A stretch of 64,000 bases of DNA from Antedon mediterranea. Lineage: Eukaryota; Animalia; Echinodermata. Each line of letters starts with the position of its first letter. Position 1 is the stretch's first letter. The stretch is from NCBI RefSeq assembly GCF_964355755.1, contig NC_092677.1, forward strand, positions 28,011,175 to 28,075,174. Direction: 5' to 3'. The notes beneath the pieces are model-generated. The model made no database searches, had not been told where the DNA came from, and worked only from the letters and a program-made list of their open reading frames with translations. Positions 24,622 through 37,600 of the stretch are shown here, piece after piece. The position numbers were made by a program, and so were the translations under genes.

Positions 24622-25677
24622 CTGGGGTTAAATAAATGTTGAAGTTAAAAAGATGAGAATAAAAAAGATGTAATGAGTAAAAACGTTCTGGACCCAATGT
24701 GTCCCTCTCCCCAAAAAGTGTCCCCTTATGGTTGTCCTATGAATAGCGGTTGACCAAAGTGTATACATATATATTTCTTCTTTGTTTTTACAGTAAAAAC
24801 AATAATAGGTAGCAGTTTCCCTTGAATAAAATGTGTTATAAATACCAGGGTTTTGTTATTAATATTCTATAAAGAGGGTAATAATACAATTTTAACAGCA
24901 GGTAACTTTTTTTAAGTGGATTATAAACTCTTTAAAGGTAATAAAATATTTACAGGCAGCTATACATTCTACTAACAGAGGAATATTTTTACTTGCAACC
25001 TGCTATTAACAAAACCCCCCTAAAAGATTATTTTTATTATAAACGGTGGTTTTTTAGTTTTCATAATAAATGGAATCTGCAATAAATTGAAACCATATTG
25101 CAAACAAGTTTATGCATAAATATCTGCATTAAACATATTCATGAAATTGAATACAACAAATGTAATAGAGTTGGTAATTTGAGGAAAAACCAAATTACAC
25201 ATTCAAAGATTGTAAATCTTTAGGAGTCTATTTCCAATGCTTAGAGGATTGTTCGCTTAAACATTAAGACTGGTGTTTAGAAATGTACAGCTAGACAAAT
25301 AAACTATGGAAGTCAGGTGTAGACCTGAAAGATCAGTAGGTTGAGGAAAGTGAGTTAGAGGCGATGACAGGGAGTGTGAACAGGAGCAAAAATTGATCTT
25401 TAAGCTGTTGAGATTGTTCTTTATTTCTGTTGGGGGCAAATAATGATCTTTAAAACTGTTGAGGAGCACAGTGTTGTTTATTTTTTAAGGGAGAAACTCA
25501 TTATTTTTGAAAGTGATCATTTTGAAATTGTCAGTAGGCTGCACTAAATATCTTGGTATTACTGTCTAGTAAAAAGCCTGCTTTAAGCTCTGTCTACACT
25601 ATTTATCAAACATTATTTCATCTCCCTAAGATGTGCATCTTCCCAAGCCCAAACCTGCCACGCCCTTTAATACATAC

Positions 25678-25835
25678 CACAACAGGTTTAATGAGTGTGA
25701 CAAAAGTACAATATCGCCCTCTTTCTTCTATCAGACAGTTCCGCACAGCCGACTTTTCCGCTTCTTCCAATAGTAGATATTTATCTGTTACTTCTTGCAT
25801 TGCACTGTCAAGTTTATATTGAACATCCATCTTAC
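25678..25835 (-). CDS. MTSS1: MTSS-like exon 7 (I-BAR)
   Basis: KMDVQYKLDSAMQEVTDKYLLLEEAEKSAVRNCLIEERGRYCTFVTLIKPVV, strongly MTSS-like. Confidence 0.95.
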
Positions 25836-26084
25836 CTGTAGAACAAGAGAACAAAATGTAATTTATCCATTGTATATGTGGAATAAGAGACAAATCATAA
25901 ATGCAATATCCACTGTATCTGTGAAATAAGAGACATTATATAACACCTATATAAATTCCTGTCATTTGATTGGACGAATGTGGGTCACATGGCGTGCGAT
26001 AGTACGCACTATTCAACGATCGTTAAATAGTACTTTTTGAAACATTTTTGTGTACGAAAAAAAAACGTCTAGATGTTATATAAA

Positions 26085-26246
26085 ACAAATAATGAATGTT
26101 TTGTATTCGTGTAATGGTACAAATAATGGCACTTGGTGAATGATGAAAGGTTATATCAACTCGACTTTGCCTCGTTGATATAACCTTTCATCATTCACCT
26201 CGTGCCATTATTTGTACCATTGCACTCATAAATATTCATTATTTGT
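26085..26246. repeat. Long foldback palindrome (probable non-autonomous element)
   Basis: Perfect 26-bp inner stem (26135-26160/26174-26199) and perfect 20-bp outer stem around the loop TCGACTTTGCCTC. Confidence 0.85.
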
Positions 26247-26319
26247 ATAATATCTTATGAATAAAAAAGAAAAGGTTTTGAAACATGATCAAAAGAAAAA
26301 ATGATTCATAAATAAATGG

Positions 26320-26437
26320 CAAGCCTGTAGCTAGGACTTTTACAGGATGGTTCATTTTTCCACAAAAGGGGCAAAAGCGACACTTTCAATGCTGATATCT
26401 AGTTTGCACCCTCGAACCCTCCCTGGCTACAGGCTTG
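26320..26437. mobile_element. Short MITE
   Basis: TIR CAAGCCTGTAGCTAGG ... CCTGGCTACAGGCTTG; a related end occurs at 28783 (CAGGCGCGTAGCCAGG). No TSD seen. Confidence 0.6.
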
Positions 26438-27458
26438 GAATAGTAATAGAATGGATGATGTACATACTATGGGTTTACAAATGATATAAATGAGTGATAA
26501 TGGTGATATGGGTATAAACCAGATGAGTGATATTGAATGGAGAGTAGATGGGAAAACATGGATTGGTAAAAACACAGACAGTACACAATCATAAAACTGT
26601 GCACACGGAACTGTAAGAATAATGTTAAAGTTATAATATTTCAATATATTATATTATTATATTAAATTTGACCAAATTAAAGTAACAACTAAAATTAAAT
26701 TAAAAATTAATCGTTTCTTTATAATAGCATAAATAAAGTGCATGGGGTTGGATGTGAAAAAGTACAACCCAACGAGGATTTGACCCTGCCCATTTATGCT
26801 TTAAAGGAAGGTGATCACAAATCTACCAGATTCACAATTTAAGCAAGCCTAGAAAGACTTATAAAATTCCATTAAAAGCAACAAAAATGCTTGTACTATT
26901 TTTTGGACAAAAGTAATTTTACAGTTTTGTATAAAGTAATGTAAATAAATCAGAAATATAACCATGCATTTCGGTTAATGCAACCATGGACCTATAAATA
27001 GGTCCATGGTTGCAACAAACAAACATTAGCTTAATGAAAGCATGGAGGGATTTAGTAAACTAATTCTTCCATGATGAAAGTGAGATCCTGCATTTTGTTT
27101 ACTTTATACGTACTTAGTACTTCATTGTTTATCTTGACATCCTCTTTATCTGCTGCAAATTTGGTCAAATAAATGAGTGCATAAAATTAACATTCATAAA
27201 CAGTTACTACATTTATTGTAGCATGGACCTATAATTTTTATGTCCATGATTGTAGGCCTACATTATTTATGTTTTCTGTATGTTTTTTCCTCTCAAAATG
27301 AATTTATTTCCACAAAAATGAGTGTCCAATGAATGTACAATTATATAATTGATGAAGAGCTAGTGTTGCTCGAAAGCTCTGCTAATTTTTCTGGCTGTTT
27401 TACTTTATTTATTGTTTTGATTTAGCTTTTTGCTTATTATATTTTGTATATCTCCATT

Positions 27459-30400
27459 TAGACCAGTCGGATCTGGAGGCAGGTGTCACTTTTCTGCAGA
27501 ATTTTCCAAACCAACTTTTTCTAGTGCATTTTTTGACGTAGATTACGAATCTGGTTGTTGATCGGACTAACGTGGGGGCTTTTTAAAGATATAAACGTTT
27601 AAAATCTTGATTTTTGAGAGCCGAAATTAATCAAAATAAAACAAATTTAGACAATAAAGGGCGCACTTTCTACATAATTATGAGTAAATTGGATTAAAAA
27701 AGACTTCGTTGCTGTTAATTTTATTCACGTAAATGTGAAAATAATTTATAAATCTGATCGGTTTTATATGCTGAAATTGTTTTAGTAATACACTGTGTAG
27801 TATAAAGTTAGTTAGAACTTTTCATTTTCTCGTTTTCAGTGATCAAAAATGATATTGTCTAGGCCCGAATACGAATACTTCCAGCGTACGACGTATGTAA
27901 ACAAAGGACGTTTAAACCGCGATGACCGCATATAAAGTTCGCTCAAGTGAATAGTGGGTAGGCTTTTACTAGCCTAGCGTATTATGACCGTATGCATGAA
28001 ACATCTTTCTCTAGCTTATTTTGCATGCAGCGCTAGCTTTACATAAACATGTGTACTACTGTTTTTAAATTTTTTTTCCCCCGATTTTTAGGTGGTGTAG
28101 TAGGCCTAGAACTTATATTATTATTACTGACAGGCTTCTAGAGTAGGCTACTACTAGCTACACTAGGGCCTAGGCCTAGTACTGCTGTAGTAACTAGCTG
28201 GCATAATAATAGCGTAGGTGTAGATGTATTATGGTGTCGTATGTGTAGTCTTACAGCTAAAACATTTATTTTTGTATACATAAATCTAATAAATGCTGTG
28301 TACTACTACCCGTATACTATTCAGTTCAGCTGATTATAACAATACATTCAGCAACCCTATCAACCAACGATTTCTCACAGGTGACATCATTGTTCAGGTG
28401 GAAACATTGTGAAAATACTACAACAACGATATTGAATGTATTATTTATTACGAAAGCTGCATCTAGCATTAACATATTTCCTCTCTGACTGAGATCATGT
28501 TTTAAACAATAAAAGAAAATAAGGTTGCCCTAAAGAACTAGCTGTAGAAAATCACATAAAACAAGGTTTCTCTGTCCGTGAACCAACATAATTCCAATAA
28601 ACATGGCTATATCATACCAAATGTATTCTACAAAATAAACAGCCAGCATCATATAATAATTATGGTTTAAAATGTCAAAGACCAACTGATAAATGTGGAA
28701 TTTGCGTGTATGGTGGTTTGATTCCATAATAGTAATACTGTATTTTGATGATGCCAACTATTGCATTTTCTATGTATATGTACAGGCGCGTAGCCAGGGG
28801 TTTTTATGGTTCGGGCGAACCCCCATTCCCGACATGCCCAATACCTCACCCTCATCTCTGAAAATCCTCCAAATACGTGTCCCACACAGTACAAAAGGTT
28901 AATTTAAAAAATTCGTAAATTCGTTCGTGAATAACTCGATACCTTCTTCACTGTATGAGCGTATGTCGAGCGTAGTGTCTGTAAATTTACGAGTTGCAAA
29001 TGAATTGCCGATTTTCACCTGAAATCCCTGGATGTAACATGATATTGATGCATGTATCGTACTCATAAAATGAGCTGGGGCACGAACGATTTGTACAAAG
29101 GACACCGCCAGACAATAGCGTACGTACCTATATTGTTTAGATCACGGCAGTCAGCATGCATAAAGTATACCGTAAATCTTCTAATTGTAACCCTGGGTTA
29201 TTATATTATTCTTTGATTGTTTTTTAGGGTGGGTTACTACTAGAAGGGGATTACTATTTGAGTAGTGGGTTACTATTACTTGAAAATAGTAACCCACCCC
29301 AACTATTCCGGTCAGCAGCTCATAGCAAAATAATAAAACAGTACGGATAAACACATTTGTTTGAACAGAACTAACTAACTAACTAACTTATAAACTCAAA
29401 AACACTCAATCCTCCCCCACACCCGAGATCAACATGCATTATCTCCTTATTACTATTAGAGTAGTGGGTTATTATTATAGATTGACTATTGACTGGGTTA
29501 CACTATTACTATTAAAAGGAGGGTTACTATTATTAGAGTGTGGGTTACTATTAGAAGATTGATTAATTTCTTCAAATTGCTGTAAATAAATATAGGTAGA
29601 GCTATAATAAGCATTGAATTTGCCTTCTCACACAAAGTGCTTTTTTGGGGATTCCCCTAGACGTACGTACGTTCACATTGAACTTGAACGCAAGTGAACG
29701 ATCAAAAAAGGTACGAATACGATCGTTTTGCTCCTTGGTAGCATGCTGCATGAGAGTGTCTTTTCCGACTAATTAGAGGTGCTATTTATCATGAATGTTA
29801 TGTGCGAGAGTATACCATTTCCGGCCATCTAGAGGTGTCATTTAACCAAATTTGCTTCGCCCCTCCAGATTTAGGATGGCTTTTAGGTAAGGGTGGAATT
29901 AAACGACATTAAACTCAACAAACGTATCAGATTAACATAATTCGTTTTTGCTGTAGCATACGTCGATACACAGTACATAATTTAACCGTCAGTAAACTTT
30001 GCCTGGAAAGTAATACTACGACACATTTTGGTCCCTGGATGGAATATGATATCACGCGTTTGGACACAACGTTGAACGATTCGTACAAAGGGATACCGCC
30101 AGACAAGTGCGTACCTATTGTTTAATAGTTGGATAGCTGGCAATAATGAATGCATAATAGCCCTCTGACGTACTCGCGGTCAATGGAACGTCGCGGTTTT
30201 CTAGGCGCTGAAGCTACGAAGTGAACGCAAACGATTTTTACAGTATTCCCCGACTCGACAAAAAGTACCTGTGTTACGTTCCCAGATATGGGATAGGCTC
30301 CCCGACGAGGGGATAGAGACCATGCGGATACACAGTTGATGATCTTAACCTGGATGTTTTACTATTTTCATGAGATTTAAAACATATTTTTTCTTAGAAT

Positions 30401-31136
30401 ATGCCAATTGCGCATTCTTTTGACATCATACTTTACTAACTTATGACGTCATAGGTACGTTATATGGTAATTTAAATATTAATTGAAAAGTTTAATACCA
30501 CATTTATATAGCGGCTATTCTGAATTTATGCTAATTAACCTTTTTGATGTTTGACCGTATCATGTTCATTTCAACAAGAAAATGTTAGAAAATTGTTTTC
30601 CTGCGGTTTCTACATTTTTTGTAGTATAGGATAATGTCATTTAAGCAGTTATAACATAATATATGACGTCACAACTACCTTATGACGTCATAGTTACGTC
30701 ATATGGTGATTTAAATATGCTAGTTTGAAAGTTTAATGTCACATTTATATTTACTCGTAATGCACTTAGGTGGTCTAAAACCAACCGTTGAGGAGATATG
30801 GGAACTTCAAATGGTAAATGGCGGCCATTTTGAATTTATGCCAATTAACCCACTTTCCGGTGTCCGATTTCGATAAATTTTGGATATGATGTTTATTTGG
30901 ACCATATCAACTAGACAACACATTTCTGTTGCATTTAACATATCTAAACGATTTCCTCTTCATAAAATGACTTATTTGACCTAATTTGACCTTTGACCCT
31001 TCATATCTCAAAAACGCCCCCTCCCCGTCGCGATCAACATTCATATTCGTATTCTACAGCCAAAATTACCCCAGAAAAAATACATGAAGTAAATTCTGCA
31101 AAAAGTGACACCTACACCTCAAATACGACTGGTCTA
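27459..31136. mobile_element. 3.7-kb non-autonomous DNA transposon, Academ-like, with nested MITE remnants
   Basis: Termini TAGACCAGTCG ... CGACTGGTCTA, long imperfect TIRs (AGGTGTCACTTTT.TGCAGAATTT) and a 3-bp TSD ATT. An empty-site paralogue at 62541-62554 reads ATCTCC-ATT-GAGAT. No transposase ORF. Confidence 0.85.
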
Positions 31137-31796
31137 ATTGAGATCCAGCCACTGATACCCACAGCATTGTCATTATTTTCAGTAATTTGCCTTTGGAATT
31201 ATATATATAATTTAACATATGATATTTTTTAGGGAAATTCTGAAGGATAGAACAATTGATCTAATTGTCCCGGAAAATCGAGGAAACAGCTTAGATAGCA
31301 GCTCATGTAACAAAATACTGGAATGGTTCCAGATTGTGAACTTTCCAATAATGATAACAATTACAAGGGAGTTGCAATTAAAGATACAGTATTACTCAGC
31401 TTCCGGTTCCAACGACAACAATTGTTCTTTCAACCAATAATCCTGATTATTGTATACTTAAAAGAGATAGTACATAAACTGTTTACAGTATAATAACCAA
31501 TTAAAAACAAAGGTGAGACAATTAGTATAAAAAAAACAAGTTGAAAATGACAGATTGAACTATTCAGGTTAAATAAACATATAAAATGTTACAATAAATA
31601 AACTATGGCCTATATTCACAAAAGAAAGCTAAAGTTAGTCCTAAATCTGGATTTATTTCAGGACGGAACATTTAGTACTGGGTTTAGTACATGACTAACT
31701 TTAAAATGGTGCCTTGAGTCTGGTAGAGTAAAGGTACAGTAGTCCTCTTTCATGAATGTGAATCAACTACTTTATGTAGCCTGTTATTTTGTGTAA

Positions 31797-31939
31797 AGCT
31801 CTGTCTACAGTATCAAACTTTATGTGACAAAAAAATGTGATGATGTACCTATTTATAGACATGATGATGACATATCACTACCATATTTGGACACATCACA
31901 CTTTTTTTGTCAAACTAGTTTGATAGTGTAAACAGAGCT
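31797..31939. mobile_element. PIF/Harbinger (Tourist-like) MITE, family B
   Basis: TIR AGCTCTGTCTACAnTATCAAAC; TAA TSD on both sides. Confidence 0.85.
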
Positions 31940-32785
31940 TAAGAATGGATATTGTTTTTTAATTGTACTGTATTGTAAAAGATGTTTGATGTTCTCCAAA
32001 TCTACTTGCCAATATTTGACCAAATGTATGCAGCTGACAAACTTTGTATTCTCTCCCCAACTCCACTATGTGAATGCTATAATGGCACTTAATATGTCAG
32101 TAACATAATAGATTGAGATAGCAATCCAAGGTTGAACAATACAGGAAGGGTATGAACGCATACGTAGGAAGTACTACTGGTCTTATACGACTTGGGCGTA
32201 ATTGACATTATCTAACAACAAAAGATGACATTGAGAGACGGCTGATGTCCATAATCAACATAGCAAGGTGGGAAATACAGCATTGTATTTAAAGTAGGAG
32301 TGGGTGGGTGGGGGGGGGGAGAGGTTACAAGGACAAAGAATGTATATTGGAAGACAACTCATTTGTGAGAGGAAGAATAGTTTAAATGTAAATTTGTGTA
32401 TGAAATTCTGACCACCTCCTTTCTGTACGAGTATTAATTTCTAAACAAAACGCAAGCTCAACTAACAATACTGTATGTTTGTGTGATTTTCTAGATGGAA
32501 AGCAAAACAATGGGACATTAATTGTTCAAAGCAATAATATTTACATCAAATTTAACTTTCTTATAAATATTAAAACTAATATGTTTTCCATTCAACATAT
32601 TGTGCAATTTGGAGTTAGAATCAGGGAGGTACTTATTGACATTTTTATAGCTATTGTAAGTATTGTACTGGGATTTCAATGTGACACTTTGCTAATTCTT
32701 ACACATGTACACTTTCGTTTATGGATTGTCGTTAATTTTCATTTGAACTCCAGTTCAGAACTTCAGTACATCTTTAGTACAGTAT

Positions 32786-32981
32786 ATACATTGGCATATC
32801 AATTAGTGTATATATCTTGGTATATTGTATCTTGTGTACATTGGCATATAAATTAGTGTATATATCTTGGTATATTGTATCTTGTGTACATTGGCATATA
32901 AATTAGTGTATATATCTTGGTATATTGTATCTTGTATACATTGGCATATCAAATAGTGTATATATCTTGGTATATTGTATC
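32786..32981. repeat. 50-bp minisatellite, 4 copies
   Basis: TTGGCATAT recurs at 32791, 32841, 32891 and 32941. Confidence 0.95.
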
Positions 32982-33090
32982 CTTTGAAAAGTAGAAACAT
33001 TGATAGCATGTTGATATTTTACACTTCATAGCTTTCTATTTATCTTTCTCTCAATTAAAAAAGTAAAACATCAATGTACAGTATACATAC

Positions 33091-33165
33091 CCTTCTTAGC
33101 TTTCTTTTGAAGTCTGATTGTATCTGATGATTTCTTCTTAATCTCCTGTCTTGCTTTCTTATATT
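33091..33165 (-). CDS. MTSS1: MTSS-like exon 6 (I-BAR basic tip)
   Basis: EYKKARQEIKKKSSDTIRLQKKAKKG, nearly identical to vertebrate MTSS1. Confidence 0.96.
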
Positions 33166-33319
33166 CTATACAACAAATAATTTGTAATTTTAGAATTAAA
33201 ACTTTATTTGACAAAAACATGAGATGTGCCCATATAAGAAAATCATACTCTTTTCTTAGTTTAAGGAATTTAATAAGAGATTATTGTAAATATTGGTTTG
33301 GATTAAATGAGAAAAAAAC

Positions 33320-33411
33320 CTTTAGCGTGATCTTTATCCAACTGTGTCGTAATCTTCTTCCAATCTTCTATCTTTTCTTGGAGTGGAAAAACTAAACAAT
33401 CCATTAAAGAC
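33320..33411 (-). CDS. MTSS1: MTSS-like exon 5 (I-BAR)
   Basis: SLMDCLVFPLQEKIEDWKKITTQLDKDHAK. Confidence 0.96.
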
Positions 33412-34531
33412 CTATGAAATAAAAATAAATTATGTTTGATTTGGGGCACTTGACCATCATACCGAAAGACTTAGGTTCAATTCCTGATAAGTCCACTTAA
33501 CTTTATGAGTACCTGGTTGAAAAAATACTAGGGAGGCGGCATGGAAAGGAACTAGCCACCTTAATACTACATACACAATGCTAAGTTCAATCTAACAGAT
33601 TATCCCTTTACGTATTCACACAAGCTAATTACCTTAATACCAAGGCAGCAGTATATTTTTATTGAGGCAAATTTATTAAGACTTTGTATATTTACTGAAT
33701 GCAGCTCTTTATTTTTATAATACTGTGGCAGACATGTTTATACTCCAAATATGGTCATTATTACAGACCTGTGAATGTGTGCAGGGATGTGGTAAGATCT
33801 CTCAAACTATGTTCTGAAGATGAATCTATAGAATACACTATTATTTAAGGCTACTCCTAATATAGTGCAACTCTATGGTATTGTATGGTTACACTCTACA
33901 GAATATACTTATAAGCTACCCCTTAATATAGTTCAACTCTCTCTGGTAATAGTTAATAATAACTTCTGGGAGAACATTTCAAGGGTAATTCAAAAACATT
34001 TAAATTGGAATGACATTGAATTCAAAAGTCGTTGAACTTGATCAAGTACATTTGTCAAGTTAAAATATAAATTTATCTTCATTGAGAATAAGATCTGTAG
34101 GATTGTAGCCATCTGGATGGAGGCATTTGAATGAACTTAGGTCACAGAGGTCATTAAGTTCCTTACTGAAAACTGTTTTATGTGTTTCAGCACACAGTAT
34201 ATTAAATCACCAATTGCTGCCTAAAACCCTTGCTTTATAAATCTTTTTTCCTCACTGATCTAGGTCAGTAGCTGATGTTTTTTTCTCTTTTGTGACGTAA
34301 ACACACTTACTTTTATTCACATTATTAATATCATCTTTCATGTCATCACCATTATTCATCAGTAACATTTTTAAATGTTGTAAATTCACTTTGTATTACC
34401 TCTGATCTAGCTGATGTTTGCCCATTTTTTCTAGGGTATTGTTCAGGATTTGAACACAAGACCTTAGGTTTGATAAGCAAGCATGTGAACTACCATGGTA
34501 CCATGTCAAAACATACAATGATGAAACTTAC

Positions 34532-34616
34532 GCAGTAAAAGACTTGAGTTTAATTTCAATTGATTTATGTCTCATGCACATCCTTGTCAGTGCTGATCCT
34601 ATTTCTTTTGTTGCTC
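34532..34616 (-). CDS. MTSS1: MTSS-like exon 4 (I-BAR)
   Basis: GATKEIGSALTRMCMRHKSIEIKLKSFT. Confidence 0.96.
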
Positions 34617-37600
34617 CTAAAAAAACAAAAACATGACATTTTGAATGCATGTTTGTGTAAATTCTTAAACATAACTTAAGGTAGTCTGGACACACACTGT
34701 ACATACAATCTGTAACATTTAGTTGTATAATATTAATAAAGTAATAAAATATTTATAAAAATTCCTTATTAATGCTTGATAGAAAAATATACATTAAGCA
34801 TGTAATTAAGTTGTGATACAAGCCCAGAGCAATAATTATGATATCAATCGACCATAATATAAAATAAAAACATTAAACGCATCACTAGGTTTGAGCACGT
34901 AATTTAAATATGCAGAACACGCGCCATTCTCCTCATCTATTATGCTGTCTAATTTATCATAATAATTAAAACATTGATGAGAGAAATCAAATGAACAAAG
35001 GAAAATGAGGAATATCTATTTGAACAGTTAGACGTGAGAGCGTGGCATCGAGGCGTAGTAGTAATAATCAATTATACATCTAAGAAAGATCTTCAAACTG
35101 TTTGAAATCAATTGATCAGGTTTAAATTATAGTTCATGCATATGAAGATTAATTGTCATGAAATAGGTAACATGAGATGGTGTTTGTAGTTGACATTTTC
35201 ACATCGATGAGGTCGGACAAAGGGTGCGTTGAAGCCGCGCGTACTCATGACACATGAGACAACGAAGATGTACAAAATATTAACAAATTTCCAACCAGCT
35301 TCACAATTTGAACAACACTACGTACCCAATACATACAGTTAGTGCTAGTAGAGATAATAAACTATCTCTATGGTACTCCAAAACCAATTAAATTTGCATG
35401 TACATTAATTGTTGAATAAAGGAATTCAATACTTCTTTTAAGTTATCTAAAGCAACTTCATCAAATGGGCTTCAATACAAATTGGGTTAATGAAATGAGG
35501 TTAATAAAGATTGCACACTTCATACTAACTCATGTATATTGTCATTGTGGATTTTAACAAACACTAATGGATACAAATTGATAACTTGTGATACATTAAT
35601 CAATTGATCAGTAAATGGGACAATCTAGAAACAACAAATGTTGATACAAAAGTCTTCAAACATTTGGTAGTTCAATTGGCAGCAAAATTTGGAAAGGTAC
35701 ACTCTGTACAGACAGTATTATTGAAATGTATTTTTTCACTGTACTCTCCCAATACCGGATTTAATTCTCTGAAAACCAGAAACTCTTTTTAAAACGAGAT
35801 TTTTCTTGTACCTTTAAAAACACATTCTGATTACCAGAATTTCTGAAAATTTCCAAATAAGAGTTAACTGCATTCAATTCATATGGAACATATACTGTAA
35901 TATTGTCCTAGATTGTTATATTGCTATACACTGTATGTTTGGTTTTTATTAGAAGTAATGTTTAATGCCTAAAATAGAGTATAAAGTACGCTACTTAGTC
36001 TGCTACAAATGATCAGCTTAGTCATTAAGTACATACTTAATGTTGTATGGTAATTGATTAAAAAAAGTGAACTCTTAAACTTTGATGTCAAATTGAACAA
36101 TATGAGGCCTGTAAATAAACATTAGTGTACCAGTTTAGTTGACCTGCAACATTCAGTACATACTGTTACATTTGATTGATGTAATGAGGTTTGTAAAAAC
36201 TTAAATATTTATAAACATACTCATTACTGGTTTGCAGTAGTAAAACACACCCACAAGTCAAGCAGATGGTGTCGTGACAGAAATGAGTGGAAACAAAATT
36301 AAGACAAAATTTTACTCTTTAAAAAAATTTAGGTTTAAAAAATGATTAGATCAGATTCAGTGCCCTTTTTTGGGGGATTGTCATGTTTAACTAGTTAATG
36401 TTTATATTCAGAAGAAGAATCTCACTTACAGAATTGAATCCCAGATTTTGGGATTAAAAAGCAAGCTTTTCAACTACCACTCTATAGTGCCACAAGATTA
36501 TCCATTTAAAATGAGCAAGAATCATTTAATAATAATGGGTATTGCTAAGCCCCGCAAACCCCCGCAAACCTCCAAAAAAACATAGCAAACCCCACCAAAC
36601 CAACATAAAAGTGATTGAATCATGTAGTGTACGACAACCTGAGAACAGGGTTGGTGTACTTATCTATTCTGAACATCAAAACTAAGTTCAAGGTAACATA
36701 CTTATTTCATATTTCTCATGACTTAGTTATGAAGATCTCCAGATATCAGATGTGAGTGAGTCAAATTATCATTCATCAGGGCACCTATTTAGTTAACATT
36801 ACATTGATAATTCACTATGAATCTGGTAGTGCAGTACATAATAGTAGCATTTTAGGTTTATTCTGAACTGTACTGTACAACCAACTATCCCATTCATAAA
36901 CAATAGTTAATAATTGCTAGCAAATCTCAATGCCACGTGGTAACGTAGCGTCGCTCCCAACATGAGTCCATCTCTTTTAATCAAATTCACAGTTAGACTC
37001 TCCAGGACCAATGCATTGATCCGCATCTCCAGAGATTTGTATTTAGTACTTAACTCTGGGAAACCAAAAAAAATACAATAATTTTATTACTATTTTTCTC
37101 ACGATCTTTGCTTGAGATATATACTGTACAGTAGTATCCGTCAATCAGTTGAATCTATCTTGGTGAGATAGTTCATTGCAAATAACAAACTAGTGTAGTG
37201 TCTACAATGAATGTATATTTTCATGTTTTATCATTTATTATACTGCAGCACGGTATTCAAAATGAGACAACATTATTTTGTTTATCATCGCGTTTGCAAG
37301 AAATTTGCGTAAGTTAACCGAGGTTGGCATTTAAAATAAAAGTTTACAACCCCACTTATAATATGAACAAATTATAATAGTACAAAAATTACACAAACGT
37401 ATTCGGCTCATTACTCTGTCTTAGTTGCCATGGTGATTGTGACGTAGTGCAATATTTATTTTTAGAACACCTTGATCCTTTGTTTGAGAAGACTTGGATA
37501 AAAATACTCAGATGAAGAAAAAACGGCAATTTTGTTAAATTATTATTGCATGCCATTAGTGTTTTTTAAAAGAATGTTGTTGGAGAACACCTTTGTGTGG

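Noticed and set aside
33440-34500. tRNA genes (B-box-like GGTTCAATTCC near 33475; reverse-strand copy near 34445)
   Set aside because: No cloverleaf can be formed; these look like decayed tRNA-derived SINE heads.
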